From the NCBI GenBank assembly GCA_965209055.1, contig OZ242374.1:5184001-5248000 (forward strand): a stretch of DNA of 64,000 bases. The letters are read 5' to 3'. Numbering within the stretch: position 1 is the stretch's first letter; each line of letters begins with the position of its first letter. The translations under genes and the position numbers were made by a program. Below the pieces are notes generated by a model. That model did no database searches and was not told where the DNA came from. It was given only the letters and a program-made list of their open reading frames with translations. This stretch comes from Acidobacteriota bacterium. Its GTDB lineage: Bacteria > Acidobacteriota > UBA6911 > RPQK01 > JAJDTT01. Shown one piece after another: positions 29,088-38,811 of this stretch.

Positions 29088-31427
29088 CTATGCCTGCTGA
29101 ATGGCCTGCCACACGCGCTGGGGCGTGAAAGGCATCTCCACATGATCGATTCCGAATGGAGCAAGCGCGTCGGCGACCGCGTTGCACACCGCGGCGGTGC
29201 TGCCGATGCTGCCGGCTTCTCCGATCCCCTTGAGCCCCAACGGATTGACGGGCGACGGCGTGACCGTCCGGTCCAGCTCGAAGCTGGGCATCTGGCCCGG
29301 CTTGGGCACCGCGTAGTCCATCATGGTCCCGGTCAGGAGCTGGCCCGAATCGTCGTACTGGGCGTGTTCGTACATCGCCTGGGCCACTCCGAAAGCGATG
29401 CCACCGTGGATCTGGCCGTCTACGATCAAGGGATTGATCACCTCTCCGCAGTCGTCCACCGCCACGTACCGGACGATGTCGGTCTGGCCGGTCTCGGCGT
29501 CCACCTCGACGATGCAGGCATGCGCTCCGAAGGGAAACACGAAATTGCTGGGATCGTAGAAGGACTGCGCCTCCAGTCCCGGCTCCAAGCCCTCGGGCAG
29601 GTTCCAGGCCAGGTAGGCCTGCAGAGCCACGTCCTGGAAGCTCATCCCCTGGTCGGTCCCCTTCACCTGAAAGCGGCCGTCCTCGAACTCCAGGTCTTCC
29701 TCCCGGGCTTCCAACTGATGAGCGGCGATCTTCTGAGCCTTCTCCACCACCTTGTTGGCGGCCTTGAAGGCGGCGATCCCGCCCACGGCCGTGGCGCGGC
29801 TGCCGTAGGTCCCCATCCCCATGGGAACCAGGTCCGTGTCTCCGTGAACCAGCTCGACGTCGTCGATGTCCACTCCCAGCACGTCTCCCACCACCTGGGC
29901 GAAGGTCGTCTCCTCCCCCTGGCCGTGCGGGTTGGCGCCGGTCATGACGGTGACCTTGCCGGTGGGATGCACCCGAACCACCGAGGACTCCCAGAGGCCT
30001 CCCTGGAATCCGGTGCTTCCCACGATGGCGCTGGGTCCCAGACCGCAGATCTCCACGTAGGTGGAGAGTCCGATCCCGAGGTAACGGCCCTGCTCACGCG
30101 CGGCCGCCTGCTCGCTTCGAAAAGCGTCGTAGTCGACCATTTCCAGCAGCCGGTCCAGGGCCGCGTCGTAGTCCCCGCTGTCGTAGATGACCCCGGGCGC
30201 CACCGCATGCGGAAACTTATCCTTGGTGATGAAGTTCCGCCGGCGGATCTCCACCGGATCCAGGTCCAACCGCTGCGCGATCAGATCCACGATCCGCTCC
30301 AGCAGGTAGGTGGCCTCGGGCCGGCCCGCGCCGCGGCAGGCGTCCACGGGCGTGGTGTGAGTGAAGACTCCCACCACTTCCAGCCCCACGGCCGGAACGT
30401 CATAGACTCCGGAGAGCATCAAGCCGTACAACCAGGTCGGGACCCCGGGAGCCGCCGTGGAGACGTAGGCCCCCATGTTGGCCCAGGTCTTGAACCTCAA
30501 GCCCGTGATCTTCCCGTCGTTGGTGTAGGCCGCCTCCACGTCGGTCACGTGGTCGCGTCCGTGGGTGGTGCACTGGAAGTTCTCCCGGCGGGTCTCCACC
30601 CACTTCACCGGACGGCCGGTCTGCATGGCGCAGAAGGCCATGACCGCCTCGTCGGCGTAAACGGCGATCTTGCTGCCGAAGCCACCCCCGATCTCGGGAG
30701 TCACGATCCTGACCTTGTGCTCGGGAACCCCCAGCACGATGGAAAGCAACAGCCGGTGGATATGGGGATTCTGGCTGGTCATCCGCAGCGTCAGCTCGCC
30801 GGAGGCGGCGTTGTACTGGGCCACGCATCCCCGTGGCTCGATGGCGCTGGGAATGATGCGGTGATTGGTGGTCCGGAACTTGAGAACGTCGTCGGCGTCC
30901 GCAAACGCCTGGTCCAGATCGCCGCCGCTGATGGTATCGAAGAGGAAACACCGGTTGCCGGGGGCATCGTCGTGAACCTGGGGAGCGCCCTCCTCAACCG
31001 CCTTCACCTGATCCGCCACCGCATCCAGGATCTCGTAGTCGACCTGGACCAACTGGGCGGCGTCCTCGGCCTGGTAACGGTCCTCGGCCAAAACGACGGC
31101 CACGCCGTCACCGACGTAACGGACCTTGTCCCGCGCCAACGCGGGATGGTCGACGGTCTTCAGATCGCTGTCGGGAATGAGCCAGGCCGTGGGGATGCCC
31201 GCCACTCCCTCCATATCCTTTCCGGTGAAGACGGCCACGACTCCCGGGGCCGACCTCGCCGCTTCCACATCGACGGACCTGATGTTGGCGTGGGCGTGGG
31301 GACTGCGGACGATGGCCGCATGGACCATGCCCGTAAGCTGGAGGTCGTCGGTGTACTGGCTGCCTCCGGTGAGCAACCGCCGATCCTCGCGGCGCTTGAC
31401 TGGTGTACCGAAAAATTTGGTCGCCAT
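29088..31427 (-). CDS. coxL: Molybdopterin large subunit, form II CoxL-like
   Basis: GGGFGSK, active-site loop ACRGAGR, HGQGEET, GTYGSR and KGIGE; S-L-M gene order. Confidence 0.88.
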   Translation of the reverse strand: MATKFFGTPVKRREDRRLLTGGSQYTDDLQLTGMVHAAIVRSPHAHANIRSVDVEAARSAPGVVAVFTGKDMEGVAGIPTAWLIPDSDLKTVDHPALARDKVRYVGDGVAVVLAEDRYQAEDAAQLVQVDYEILDAVADQVKAVEEGAPQVHDDAPGNRCFLFDTISGGDLDQAFADADDVLKFRTTNHRIIPSAIEPRGCVAQYNAASGELTLRMTSQNPHIHRLLLSIVLGVPEHKVRIVTPEIGGGFGSKIAVYADEAVMAFCAMQTGRPVKWVETRRENFQCTTHGRDHVTDVEAAYTNDGKITGLRFKTWANMGAYVSTAAPGVPTWLYGLMLSGVYDVPAVGLEVVGVFTHTTPVDACRGAGRPEATYLLERIVDLIAQRLDLDPVEIRRRNFITKDKFPHAVAPGVIYDSGDYDAALDRLLEMVDYDAFRSEQAAAREQGRYLGIGLSTYVEICGLGPSAIVGSTGFQGGLWESSVVRVHPTGKVTVMTGANPHGQGEETTFAQVVGDVLGVDIDDVELVHGDTDLVPMGMGTYGSRATAVGGIAAFKAANKVVEKAQKIAAHQLEAREEDLEFEDGRFQVKGTDQGMSFQDVALQAYLAWNLPEGLEPGLEAQSFYDPSNFVFPFGAHACIVEVDAETGQTDIVRYVAVDDCGEVINPLIVDGQIHGGIAFGVAQAMYEHAQYDDSGQLLTGTMMDYAVPKPGQMPSFELDRTVTPSPVNPLGLKGIGEAGSIGSTAAVCNAVADALAPFGIDHVEMPFTPQRVWQAIQQA

Positions 31428-31439
31428 CCTTCCTCCTTC

Positions 31440-31922
31440 CTAGCTTGCCGCTTCCCGCAATTTGCCGGCCGCATTCTGGACGGCGTTGACGATGTGCTGA
31501 TACCCGGTGCAACGGCAGATGTTCCCTTCCAGCGCGTGCCGGATCTCGGCGTCGCCGGGGTCCGCATTCTCCTCAAGGAGCTGGACCGTGGCCATCAGGA
31601 AGCCGGGGGTGCAGAATCCGCACTGAAGTCCGTGCTCTTCCCAGAATCCCTCCTGGACCGCATGCAGGTCGCCGTTCGTAGCCAACCCTTCGACCGTGGT
31701 GATCTCGGCGCCGTCGGCCTGAACCGCCAGCAGCGTGCAGGACTTCACGGCCAGACCGCCCAGCAGAACGGTACACGCTCCGCAACTGGAGGTGTCACAA
31801 CCGACGTGAGTCCCGGTCAGACCCAAAACGTCCCGAAGGAAGTGAACCAGGAGCAATCGCGGCTCCACCTCCCTTCGATGGGTCGACCCATTGACTCGAA
31901 CCTCAATGGACACTTGTGCCAT
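31440..31922 (-). CDS. coxS: 2Fe-2S small subunit
   Basis: GCDTSSCGAC, QCGFCTPG and CRCTGY. Confidence 0.92.
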   Translation of the reverse strand: MAQVSIEVRVNGSTHRREVEPRLLLVHFLRDVLGLTGTHVGCDTSSCGACTVLLGGLAVKSCTLLAVQADGAEITTVEGLATNGDLHAVQEGFWEEHGLQCGFCTPGFLMATVQLLEENADPGDAEIRHALEGNICRCTGYQHIVNAVQNAAGKLREAAS

Positions 31923-31972
31923 CTTCTACCTCCTTGGATGGTAGTTCGAAACCAGGGATGGTTTGCGACGAT

Positions 31973-32410
31973 TCACTCGCGCCCCTCCCGTTGAAGATTT
32001 TCGAAAAATTCCGCCGCCAGCTTCCGGGCCATTCCTGAAAAGAGACGGCTGCCGACGGCCGCCAGGGTCCCGGCCACCAGGGCATTCCCCTGGTAGTGGA
32101 CCACCGTCTCCTGGCCGTCCTCTTCCAGCCTCAGCTTTCCCTCGGCCCGGATTCCGCCCACGGTGCCGTTTCCCTGGACCCGCAGGGTCAGGTCCGAAGG
32201 CTCCTTCTTGTCGCGAACTTCCACGTTTCCGCCGAAGACGCCGCGAATCGGACCGAGGGCCAACTCCAACTCCGCTCTGAAACGGTCTTCCCCGTCCGGC
32301 ACCAGAGTCTTGACGCCGGGAGTGGCCCGGGCCAACACCTGGGGATCGTTCAATAGCTGCCAGACTCGGAGACGGGATAAGGCCAGTCGGTGGGTTCCCG
32401 ATAGCTGCAT
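31973..32410 (-). CDS. coxG: CoxG/SRPBCC family protein
   Basis: VWQLLNDPQVLARATPG..GTLAAVGSRL; located in the cox cluster. Confidence 0.82.
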   Translation of the reverse strand: MQLSGTHRLALSRLRVWQLLNDPQVLARATPGVKTLVPDGEDRFRAELELALGPIRGVFGGNVEVRDKKEPSDLTLRVQGNGTVGGIRAEGKLRLEEDGQETVVHYQGNALVAGTLAAVGSRLFSGMARKLAAEFFENLQREGRE

Positions 32411-32533
32411 CAAGGGCCTCGAACAACGGTGACCAGAGGCGCCAACTCAGGGCGCTCCCTATTCTTCAACCGCCGTTTAGGTCTGTCAATCACTTTTCTC
32501 GGAAACCAGGGGAAATTGCTCCCCCACCGGCCT

Positions 32534-32602
32534 GGAGCGGCGATGTCCTAACCGCCGATTCTTGGACCATCGCGAAACCCGGCGCACGTGCGATTGGAAA
32601 TC
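32534..32602. repeat. Left part of a GGAG REP doublet interrupted by element 2 (remainder at 40138-40157)
   Basis: GGAGCGGCGATGTCCTAACCGCCG...GCGATTGGAAATC; intact copies at 42151-42259 and 50797-50878. Confidence 0.85.
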
Positions 32603-32630
32603 CGTTACTCTGTCCAGATGAGATAGGGGA
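32594..32630 (-). pseudogene. Decayed relic 5' half of a tRNA at the element 2 att end
   Basis: Minus strand TCCCCTATCTCATCTGGACAGAGTAACGGA-TTTCCAA aligns with the element 1 relic. Confidence 0.65.
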
Positions 32631-32644
32631 TTGGTCCTGTATTT

Positions 32645-33760
32645 TCAACAGTTTATCCCAATTCTCCCCTCTAAATGCTCCCTCTTGGTTCTTACTCGTT
32701 GCCTGTTTGTTGCCGGTTGCGTTTGGGAGTCTTCGTTAGCCTGTGCCTCCCGAATGCTGGCCAGCGCATGAGAACTGACGTACCCCGCATACCGCATGGT
32801 CGTGCTGATCGCCGAGTGGCCCATCAGCTTCTGCACCGTCCTCACGTCCACCCCCTGCATCAGCCAGTGGCTGCACCGGAATCGCCGCAGGTCGTGAAAT
32901 CCGACCTCCAAGCCGACCCTCTCGCCGGCCCGGCGCAGTGGCATGTCGGGATTCACCCATCTCGTCCCGGTCCTGCTGTTGACAAAGACATATGAGGTGT
33001 TCAGGTACCGTGGGAGCCCTGCCAGATATCCGGTGGCGTACTGCGACAGCGGTATCTCCCTCGTCCTGTCGTTCTTGGTGAATTCCACCCATAGCAGCCT
33101 CCGGGATAGGTCCACCCGTTTCCAGGTGAGCGACAAAGCTTCGCCTTTTCGTATCCCCGTCTCGCCGATCGCCGCGATCATGGCTTGCAGGTAGGGATTC
33201 TCCACCGCCTCGACCAGGTCGCGGAACTGCTGGACCGTCAAAGGCCGGAAGACCTTCTTCGGCTCCTTCAGTTTGGGGAACCGAATCAACGGGTGCGTGT
33301 CCACCTCTCCGCACTCCAGCGCGTAGGAAAACAGCTTGCTGATGGCGGCAATGGCGCGGTTCACCGTGGCCGGTTTGACTTGCTTCTTCCTCTGGGCGAC
33401 GTAGCGGTGCAGGTCTTTGCGTTGGAACTCCTTCAGGGGAATGTTCCCCAGCATGGAGTTGAGGCTCTTGAACGAACCCTCATAGCTCCGCCAGGAGCGC
33501 AGACGAGGTTTGCAGTACTCCTCGAGAAAACGCTTGTAGAAGCTCTGGACCGTCCAGATGGAGCGTTTCCCGCCGGCGAGCTCCTCCTTGAGCTGCTTCC
33601 AGGTGCCGTCCAGGATGCTGGACTCGATTCGTGTTTGAAGCGCCTGTGCGCTCCGGTAGTTGGGGGCGTACATTCTGAGCCGACCGGATCCGTTCGGCCA
33701 GTACTTGCTGACGACGAAACGTCGTCTCCCCCGGCGATCCTTCACCTTGTAGATGCCCAT
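32645..33760 (-). CDS. Tyrosine recombinase/integrase (element 2)
   Basis: Same R-K-HxxR-H-Y residues; near-identical to 14439-15545 except the C-terminal tail. Confidence 0.93.
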   Translation of the reverse strand: MGIYKVKDRRGRRRFVVSKYWPNGSGRLRMYAPNYRSAQALQTRIESSILDGTWKQLKEELAGGKRSIWTVQSFYKRFLEEYCKPRLRSWRSYEGSFKSLNSMLGNIPLKEFQRKDLHRYVAQRKKQVKPATVNRAIAAISKLFSYALECGEVDTHPLIRFPKLKEPKKVFRPLTVQQFRDLVEAVENPYLQAMIAAIGETGIRKGEALSLTWKRVDLSRRLLWVEFTKNDRTREIPLSQYATGYLAGLPRYLNTSYVFVNSRTGTRWVNPDMPLRRAGERVGLEVGFHDLRRFRCSHWLMQGVDVRTVQKLMGHSAISTTMRYAGYVSSHALASIREAQANEDSQTQPATNRQRVRTKREHLEGRIGINC

Positions 33761-33862
33761 GCATCTCCTCCTTTCTGGATCCGGGTTCTTCGCCGTGGTG
33801 CGAATCCTACCACGGCTCAAGCAAATCAACGTCGGCGTTCAAGTCCTCCAGGGCGAGGACCC

Positions 33863-34060
33863 GGCAGCAACTTCTACCGCCAGTTTGGTGTGAACCCCGC
33901 CAAGGCCGGTGACAAAGCGGCCGCCAATAACTCTCGGAAGAGGTCGCTCCGCAAGTTGAAGAAGATCAAGGAGGCGTGGCCGGATCTTAACTTCGGGCTG
34001 GCGCGGGGCGTCCTCATTGTCGAGCCATCCGCTCCGTCGGTTCCCTCACTCACCCAGTAG
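33863..34060 (+). pseudogene. C-terminal remnant of a plasmid RepA-like replication protein
   Basis: YRQFGVNPAKAGD..LKKIKEAWPDLNF..RGVLIVEPSAPSV resembles the RepA_C (IncW-type) C-terminus; no 5' portion present. Confidence 0.55.
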
Positions 34061-34267
34061 GCGGCGCGCCGGCGGGAGGAAAGCCACGACCCTCTGGGAT
34101 CGGATCAGGGTCCGATAAGTGGATTTTATCGGACCTAAAAACTTTTCAGGAGGGGTTGTCCGGCGGCTCCGCGCTCCGTCCAGAAATGCGCCGCGCAGAT
34201 TCGCCTCGCCCATGACCGCCCCCGGGAGGTCCGTCCAGGAACGTCCGGCAGGAAAAGACTCCCCCGC

Positions 34268-37200
34268 CTATTTCACGGTCAGCCACCAGGAGGCGGCGAA
34301 GGTGGAGTTGGGGGTCAGGAACCTCAGGACGGCCTGTCCCGCCGTTACGAACGTCCGGCGGGCGGTCTCTTTCTCGACCACCAGGGTCCCGCCGATGAAC
34401 GATCGCTGGTCCTGAGTCGGGACTCCATCCGGAATCTCGATCGTGGTGAGGTCGGACGGGTCTCCGTCCCCGTAGTCCTCGGTGCAGGTCATCGTCGTCC
34501 GCTGGAACACCACCCACCCGGGAGAGGCGTTCCGGTTCGGGTCCAACCCGGCATCCAGGCCCTGGAAGTCCCCGTCGCCGGTCCGGACCGTGGGGACGAG
34601 ATCGGTCAGGTCGGACAGGCTCCACCCTTGGACCCGTGGGTTTCCGGTACAGCCCATCGGGGAAGCGTCCGGCATCACCCCGATGCCATCGACCAGAAGG
34701 TAGAGTCCCGGCAGGTGGGGCGGCACGATGGGTCCATACACGGGAGGGACCCAGACCGGGTCCGGCAATTCATTCCCCTTGGGATCGAACAGACGAACCC
34801 GGTAGATCGTCCTCGCCCCGATCAGCCGGTACTCCCCCGGCTCCCCGTAGTCATCCGCGACGGACAGGAACTGAATGCTCTGATCCATAAGGTCGTTGCC
34901 GTACAGTGAGGACCAGACGAGCGCGCCGCCGTTGACGACCCGGTTGTTCTCCGTGGGAGTCGGATCCAGGGCTACCGGCGAACCGTCGCCGCTGTCGTCT
35001 GCCCGGTTGTCCTCATCGGTAGCGGCGTTGACCGCCTCGACGCCTCCGTGCGTCCAAGGGGACAAACGGGCCTCGTTCGTGCCGTTCAGGACCGCGTAGG
35101 CGACACCGATCCGGTGGTCGGAACCGTTCTCGCCGTGCGCCGTGACGGCGGGGCGCACCAAGGCGTTGACGCCCCAGGCGATCCCGCCGGTGAGGGCGGA
35201 AACCTCGGCGGCGGTGTGATGGCCGACGAGGTCGTTGAAGGCGACGGGCTCGACGTTGTGAACCGTCAAGGGCCCGACGTTGCGGCCGGTGCGTTCTTTC
35301 TCGTATTCCTGAGGTTGTCGGTCGGTGGCGAACTGAGCGACGGTCTGGAATCCGAGATCTCCGATGGCGTCGATGTTGTCCGCGCCGTGCAGGCCCTCGG
35401 CCAGAAAGTCGGGGAAGAGGACGTTGGCCGTTTCCGGGGGGTCTCCCGGAGCGCGGTCGTCCTCTTCGGAGCGAGCCCCCACGGCGGTGACGGCGATGAG
35501 GAACCGACCCGAGTTGAACCCGGGTCGATCTTTTCCGGTCTCGTCTTTGAAACTCACGGCCGGGATCTCGTCGAAGAGGATCTCCCTCACGTTCACCGGT
35601 CCTGATCCGTCTTCCTGGTCCGTTCCCGGGATCTCGTGGTGAAAGGGATCGACCAGGACGTTGGCCCCGGCCCGCAGGACGCGCAGATACCAGAGCACCG
35701 GTTCCATCTGGTCGTTGTGGTACTGGACGAGCAGCGTGACGGCTTGCCCGTCCGCAGTGTTGGTGACGGAGATGAAGTTGCGCTGGGCGGCTTCGGTCGC
35801 TCCCAGCCATCCTGAGACGCTCCTGGAGGCCGTTGGGGCCAACGGGTCGGAGTGAGCATAAGCACGGGCGTCGATTCCCATATCGGCGAGAAACAGCAAC
35901 TGGGACCCGGGGTGATCGTCAACGGCACTTGTGCTTCCTATCGGTCCCCCGCCGGAGAGGTCCAGTCTCCCCCCCGGCAGAGAACCATCGTCGGCCAGGA
36001 TGGTCCCGGTGGCGGTCCGCCGCAGCGGGAAGACCGGAGCCCAGCCCGCCTCTGGGTCGGCCGGCAGCAGGGTCACGGTCAGGGTCTCACCATCGTCGGC
36101 AAGAGTGTCGGCTGTCGTGGGCACGCTGATGGCCGTGCTGCTCGTCGAATCATCGGTGTCGGTGTTGGCCGGGATCGTCACGCTGCCCGCCGCCGTGCCG
36201 GTGTAATCGGCGCTGCTGGCCGTGCCGTCTTCCGTCTCGTAGCTCAGCGTCAGGCCGCCCGTGGCCCCGGCCACCCCCCGCACCGGATAGGTCGAGTGCT
36301 CCACCATGAAGCTGAGCGCGCTGCCTTCGGGGGCGCTGGCGTCCTCGATGCGCAGACACGACCATACGGTCAGGTCGTCGTCCGTGCGGCGGGTCTCGAG
36401 GGCCGCCGGCAGCGTTGCGGTGGCGTCCAGATTCGTGCCGCACAGGGAGAGATCGGTCAGGTCGGCCAGACTGCCGAGTTGGCCCGGAATCCCTCCCGTG
36501 AGGGGGTTGCCGGCCAGATGCAACAATTGGAGGCTGGTCAAGGCACTCAAGTCCGGGATGCTCCCGCTGAGTCGGTTCTGGTCGAGGACGAGGCGTTGGA
36601 GGCTGGTCAGGGCACTCAAGTCCGGGATGCTCCCGCTGAGTCGGTTTCGGTTGAGATAGAGCCAAGTGAGGCTGGTCGGGAAAACGCTGGCGTCAATGCC
36701 CCCGCTCAATTCGTTGTCGAAGAGGACGAGCCTGTTGAGGCTGGTCAGGTCGCTCAGGTCCGGGATGCTCCCGCTGAGTCGGTTGCGGTGCAGGAAGAGG
36801 ACTCTCAGGCTGCCCGGGAGATCGCTGGCGTCAAGGCTCCCGGTCAATCGGTTGTCGTTGAGGATGAGGGTGTGGAGACGGGGGAGGCTGCTCAGGTCGG
36901 GGATCGGGCCGCTGAGCCGGTTGTAGCTGAGGTAGAGGATTCTGAGCTTGGAAAGGCCGCTGAGGTCGGGAAAGGGCCCGCTGAGTTGGTTGTGCTGGAA
37001 TTGGACGTTGGAAAGCTCGGTGAGACCGCTTAGGTCCGGGATTTCCCCGCTGAGCTGGTTATCGTAGAGGTGGATTTGGTTGAGATTGGTAAGAGCGCTG
37101 AGGTCCGGAATACTCCCGCTAAGTCGGTTCTGGTAGAGTTCGATTTGTCGGAGATTGGTAAGAGCGCTGAGGTCCGGAATGGACCCGCTCAACTCGTTGC

Positions 37201-37615
37201 TGGCGAGTAAGAGTTCTTCGAGGGCGGTCAGGCTGCTCAGGTCGGGAATCTCCCCGCTCAACTCGTTGCTGAAGAAGGCGAGGATTTGGAGGGCGGTCAG
37301 GCTATTCAGGGCCGCCGGAATCGTTCCGGTGAGTTGGCGGCTGCCGAGGACAAGCGAGGTGACCCGGCTCCCGGTCACGGTGATCCCGTCCCACGAGGCC
37401 ATGCTCAGGCTGTTGGCCCAGTTCAGGCTCGCCGTGCCCCGTAAGGCATCCATGAGCCCCAGCAGGGCGGCGCAGTCGCCGGCCAGGGCCGCGGGGTCGG
37501 AGGGAGCAGGTGTCACGCCGGTGATCGCGACGTCGGTCACCGCGCAAGAGGTCTGCGCACCAGCTTCGGTTGCCAGTCCCAACAGGAGGGCCGAGCTCGA
37601 CAAAGCCATCGCCAA
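34268..37615 (-). CDS. Secreted LRR protein (plant-type LxxLxLxxNxLSGxIP repeats) with Calx-beta-like domain; true start probably GTG 37809 across a tandem repeat
   Basis: About 13 LRRs of 22-23 aa, LRRNT-like WDGITV..RVTSL, YETEDGTASSADY and signal cleavage motif AGA-Q. Confidence 0.85.
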   Translation of the reverse strand: MAMALSSSALLLGLATEAGAQTSCAVTDVAITGVTPAPSDPAALAGDCAALLGLMDALRGTASLNWANSLSMASWDGITVTGSRVTSLVLGSRQLTGTIPAALNSLTALQILAFFSNELSGEIPDLSSLTALEELLLASNELSGSIPDLSALTNLRQIELYQNRLSGSIPDLSALTNLNQIHLYDNQLSGEIPDLSGLTELSNVQFQHNQLSGPFPDLSGLSKLRILYLSYNRLSGPIPDLSSLPRLHTLILNDNRLTGSLDASDLPGSLRVLFLHRNRLSGSIPDLSDLTSLNRLVLFDNELSGGIDASVFPTSLTWLYLNRNRLSGSIPDLSALTSLQRLVLDQNRLSGSIPDLSALTSLQLLHLAGNPLTGGIPGQLGSLADLTDLSLCGTNLDATATLPAALETRRTDDDLTVWSCLRIEDASAPEGSALSFMVEHSTYPVRGVAGATGGLTLSYETEDGTASSADYTGTAAGSVTIPANTDTDDSTSSTAISVPTTADTLADDGETLTVTLLPADPEAGWAPVFPLRRTATGTILADDGSLPGGRLDLSGGGPIGSTSAVDDHPGSQLLFLADMGIDARAYAHSDPLAPTASRSVSGWLGATEAAQRNFISVTNTADGQAVTLLVQYHNDQMEPVLWYLRVLRAGANVLVDPFHHEIPGTDQEDGSGPVNVREILFDEIPAVSFKDETGKDRPGFNSGRFLIAVTAVGARSEEDDRAPGDPPETANVLFPDFLAEGLHGADNIDAIGDLGFQTVAQFATDRQPQEYEKERTGRNVGPLTVHNVEPVAFNDLVGHHTAAEVSALTGGIAWGVNALVRPAVTAHGENGSDHRIGVAYAVLNGTNEARLSPWTHGGVEAVNAATDEDNRADDSGDGSPVALDPTPTENNRVVNGGALVWSSLYGNDLMDQSIQFLSVADDYGEPGEYRLIGARTIYRVRLFDPKGNELPDPVWVPPVYGPIVPPHLPGLYLLVDGIGVMPDASPMGCTGNPRVQGWSLSDLTDLVPTVRTGDGDFQGLDAGLDPNRNASPGWVVFQRTTMTCTEDYGDGDPSDLTTIEIPDGVPTQDQRSFIGGTLVVEKETARRTFVTAGQAVLRFLTPNSTFAASWWLTVK

Positions 37616-37743
37616 GCCGCGCCAGCGAAGGCCAACACCGCCGCGGTCGCGGGAGAGCGCCGTTGCACCCCGACGGGCGGCCGGGCCAGCGCAATGCTCG
37701 GAAAAGGCAGCAAGGTCGCCAACTGGGTGCGGGCAGGCGACAG

Positions 37744-37795
37744 GGCTCCTGGCTCCTGGCTCCTGGCTCCTGGCTCCTGGCTCCTGGCTCCTGGC
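37744..37795. repeat. Heptanucleotide tandem repeat (GGCTCCT)x7 plus GGC
   Basis: Read directly from the sequence. Confidence 0.97.
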
Positions 37796-38274
37796 AAGAT
37801 CGTGTGCACTGAGCGTCCCCTTTAGTCAAGCATCCGTGCCGCCCCTTCCGCGGCAAATTTAGCACAGCTTGGCTCGAAAGGCCGTCACTAAGGTCAGGCA
37901 TGGGCGTGTGGCTGTCCGTCCAGCCTCCGCCAGCGGAGCGCGACGGAGCGGGGATCTCCGCGACCGGGTGTCACTCCTTGTTGACCTGGTCCAACTCCGA
38001 GCGTTTCCGAACGCCACCCAGCGGAGCGGTGTCGTGGCGTCCCCTCCCCTCGCCCAGTCGCAGATATAGGGGATTAACGGGGGCTGGGGGTCCAGACCGG
38101 ACACAGGAGAGGAAGAGCGACGAGTTCCTGGTGGAGTACCTGCGGGTGAACGAGGAGCACTGCCCCCGCTGAGTAGCCAGTAGAACAGTTCCCCCCTAAA
38201 GGCCTCTTCCAGCGGCGCGGCTCGATCCAGGTCCGCGAATCCGGCAAGGGATAGACTGGACAGGAAAGGATTCA

Positions 38275-38811
38275 ATGATCTGCTACGTGGCGACGCACAA
38301 TGAGAGTGGGAGGCGATATGTCGGCATCACCAAGGGCTCGCTGAGTCTCCGTAGGAGTACGCACGAAAGCCATGCCAAGAAGGAGGTGGACAATACCTTT
38401 TTCCACCAAGCCATCCGAGCATACGGTGCCGATGGATTTTCTTGGAAGGTGGTAGCTGAGGGAGACGAAGAAGTTATTAGGCTGCTAGAGAACGCCCTGA
38501 TTCACACATGGCAAACAAATTGGCCTGACCAAGGTTTTAACTCCAAGGGAGGGGCAGAATGGATTGACCAACCTCCGTTGACACAACCGCCAGAAGACTA
38601 TTCCGATTCGCCTTTCGGAAATGTGGATGTCTTGTACATGATGTATAGCTTGGACGCGATTGTCAGTTGGGTCGAGAGAAATTACCCGGACGGTGATCGT
38701 TGTAGCGACTTAAGGGAAATGGGCGACAGGTTACTGAAACGGCTGGATCGAATCGACCCCCCTCGTGGTCCAAGCAGCGCTGACGAACCTGACAGCCGAG
38801 AGAACCACTGA
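38275..38811 (+). CDS. GIY-YIG nuclease family protein
   Basis: ICY..N..GRRYVGIT..RR..H..FHQAIRAYGADGF..LE..LI..GFN. Confidence 0.75.
   Translation: MICYVATHNESGRRYVGITKGSLSLRRSTHESHAKKEVDNTFFHQAIRAYGADGFSWKVVAEGDEEVIRLLENALIHTWQTNWPDQGFNSKGGAEWIDQPPLTQPPEDYSDSPFGNVDVLYMMYSLDAIVSWVERNYPDGDRCSDLREMGDRLLKRLDRIDPPRGPSSADEPDSRENH

Noticed and set aside
29088-31427. Bona fide form I CO dehydrogenase
   Set aside because: It lacks AYxCSFR and has the S-L-M gene order.
29142-31994. Long antisense ORFs (950 aa here, 590 aa at 41691-43463, and others)
   Set aside because: They are shadows of well-supported genes on the opposite strand, as expected in high-GC DNA.
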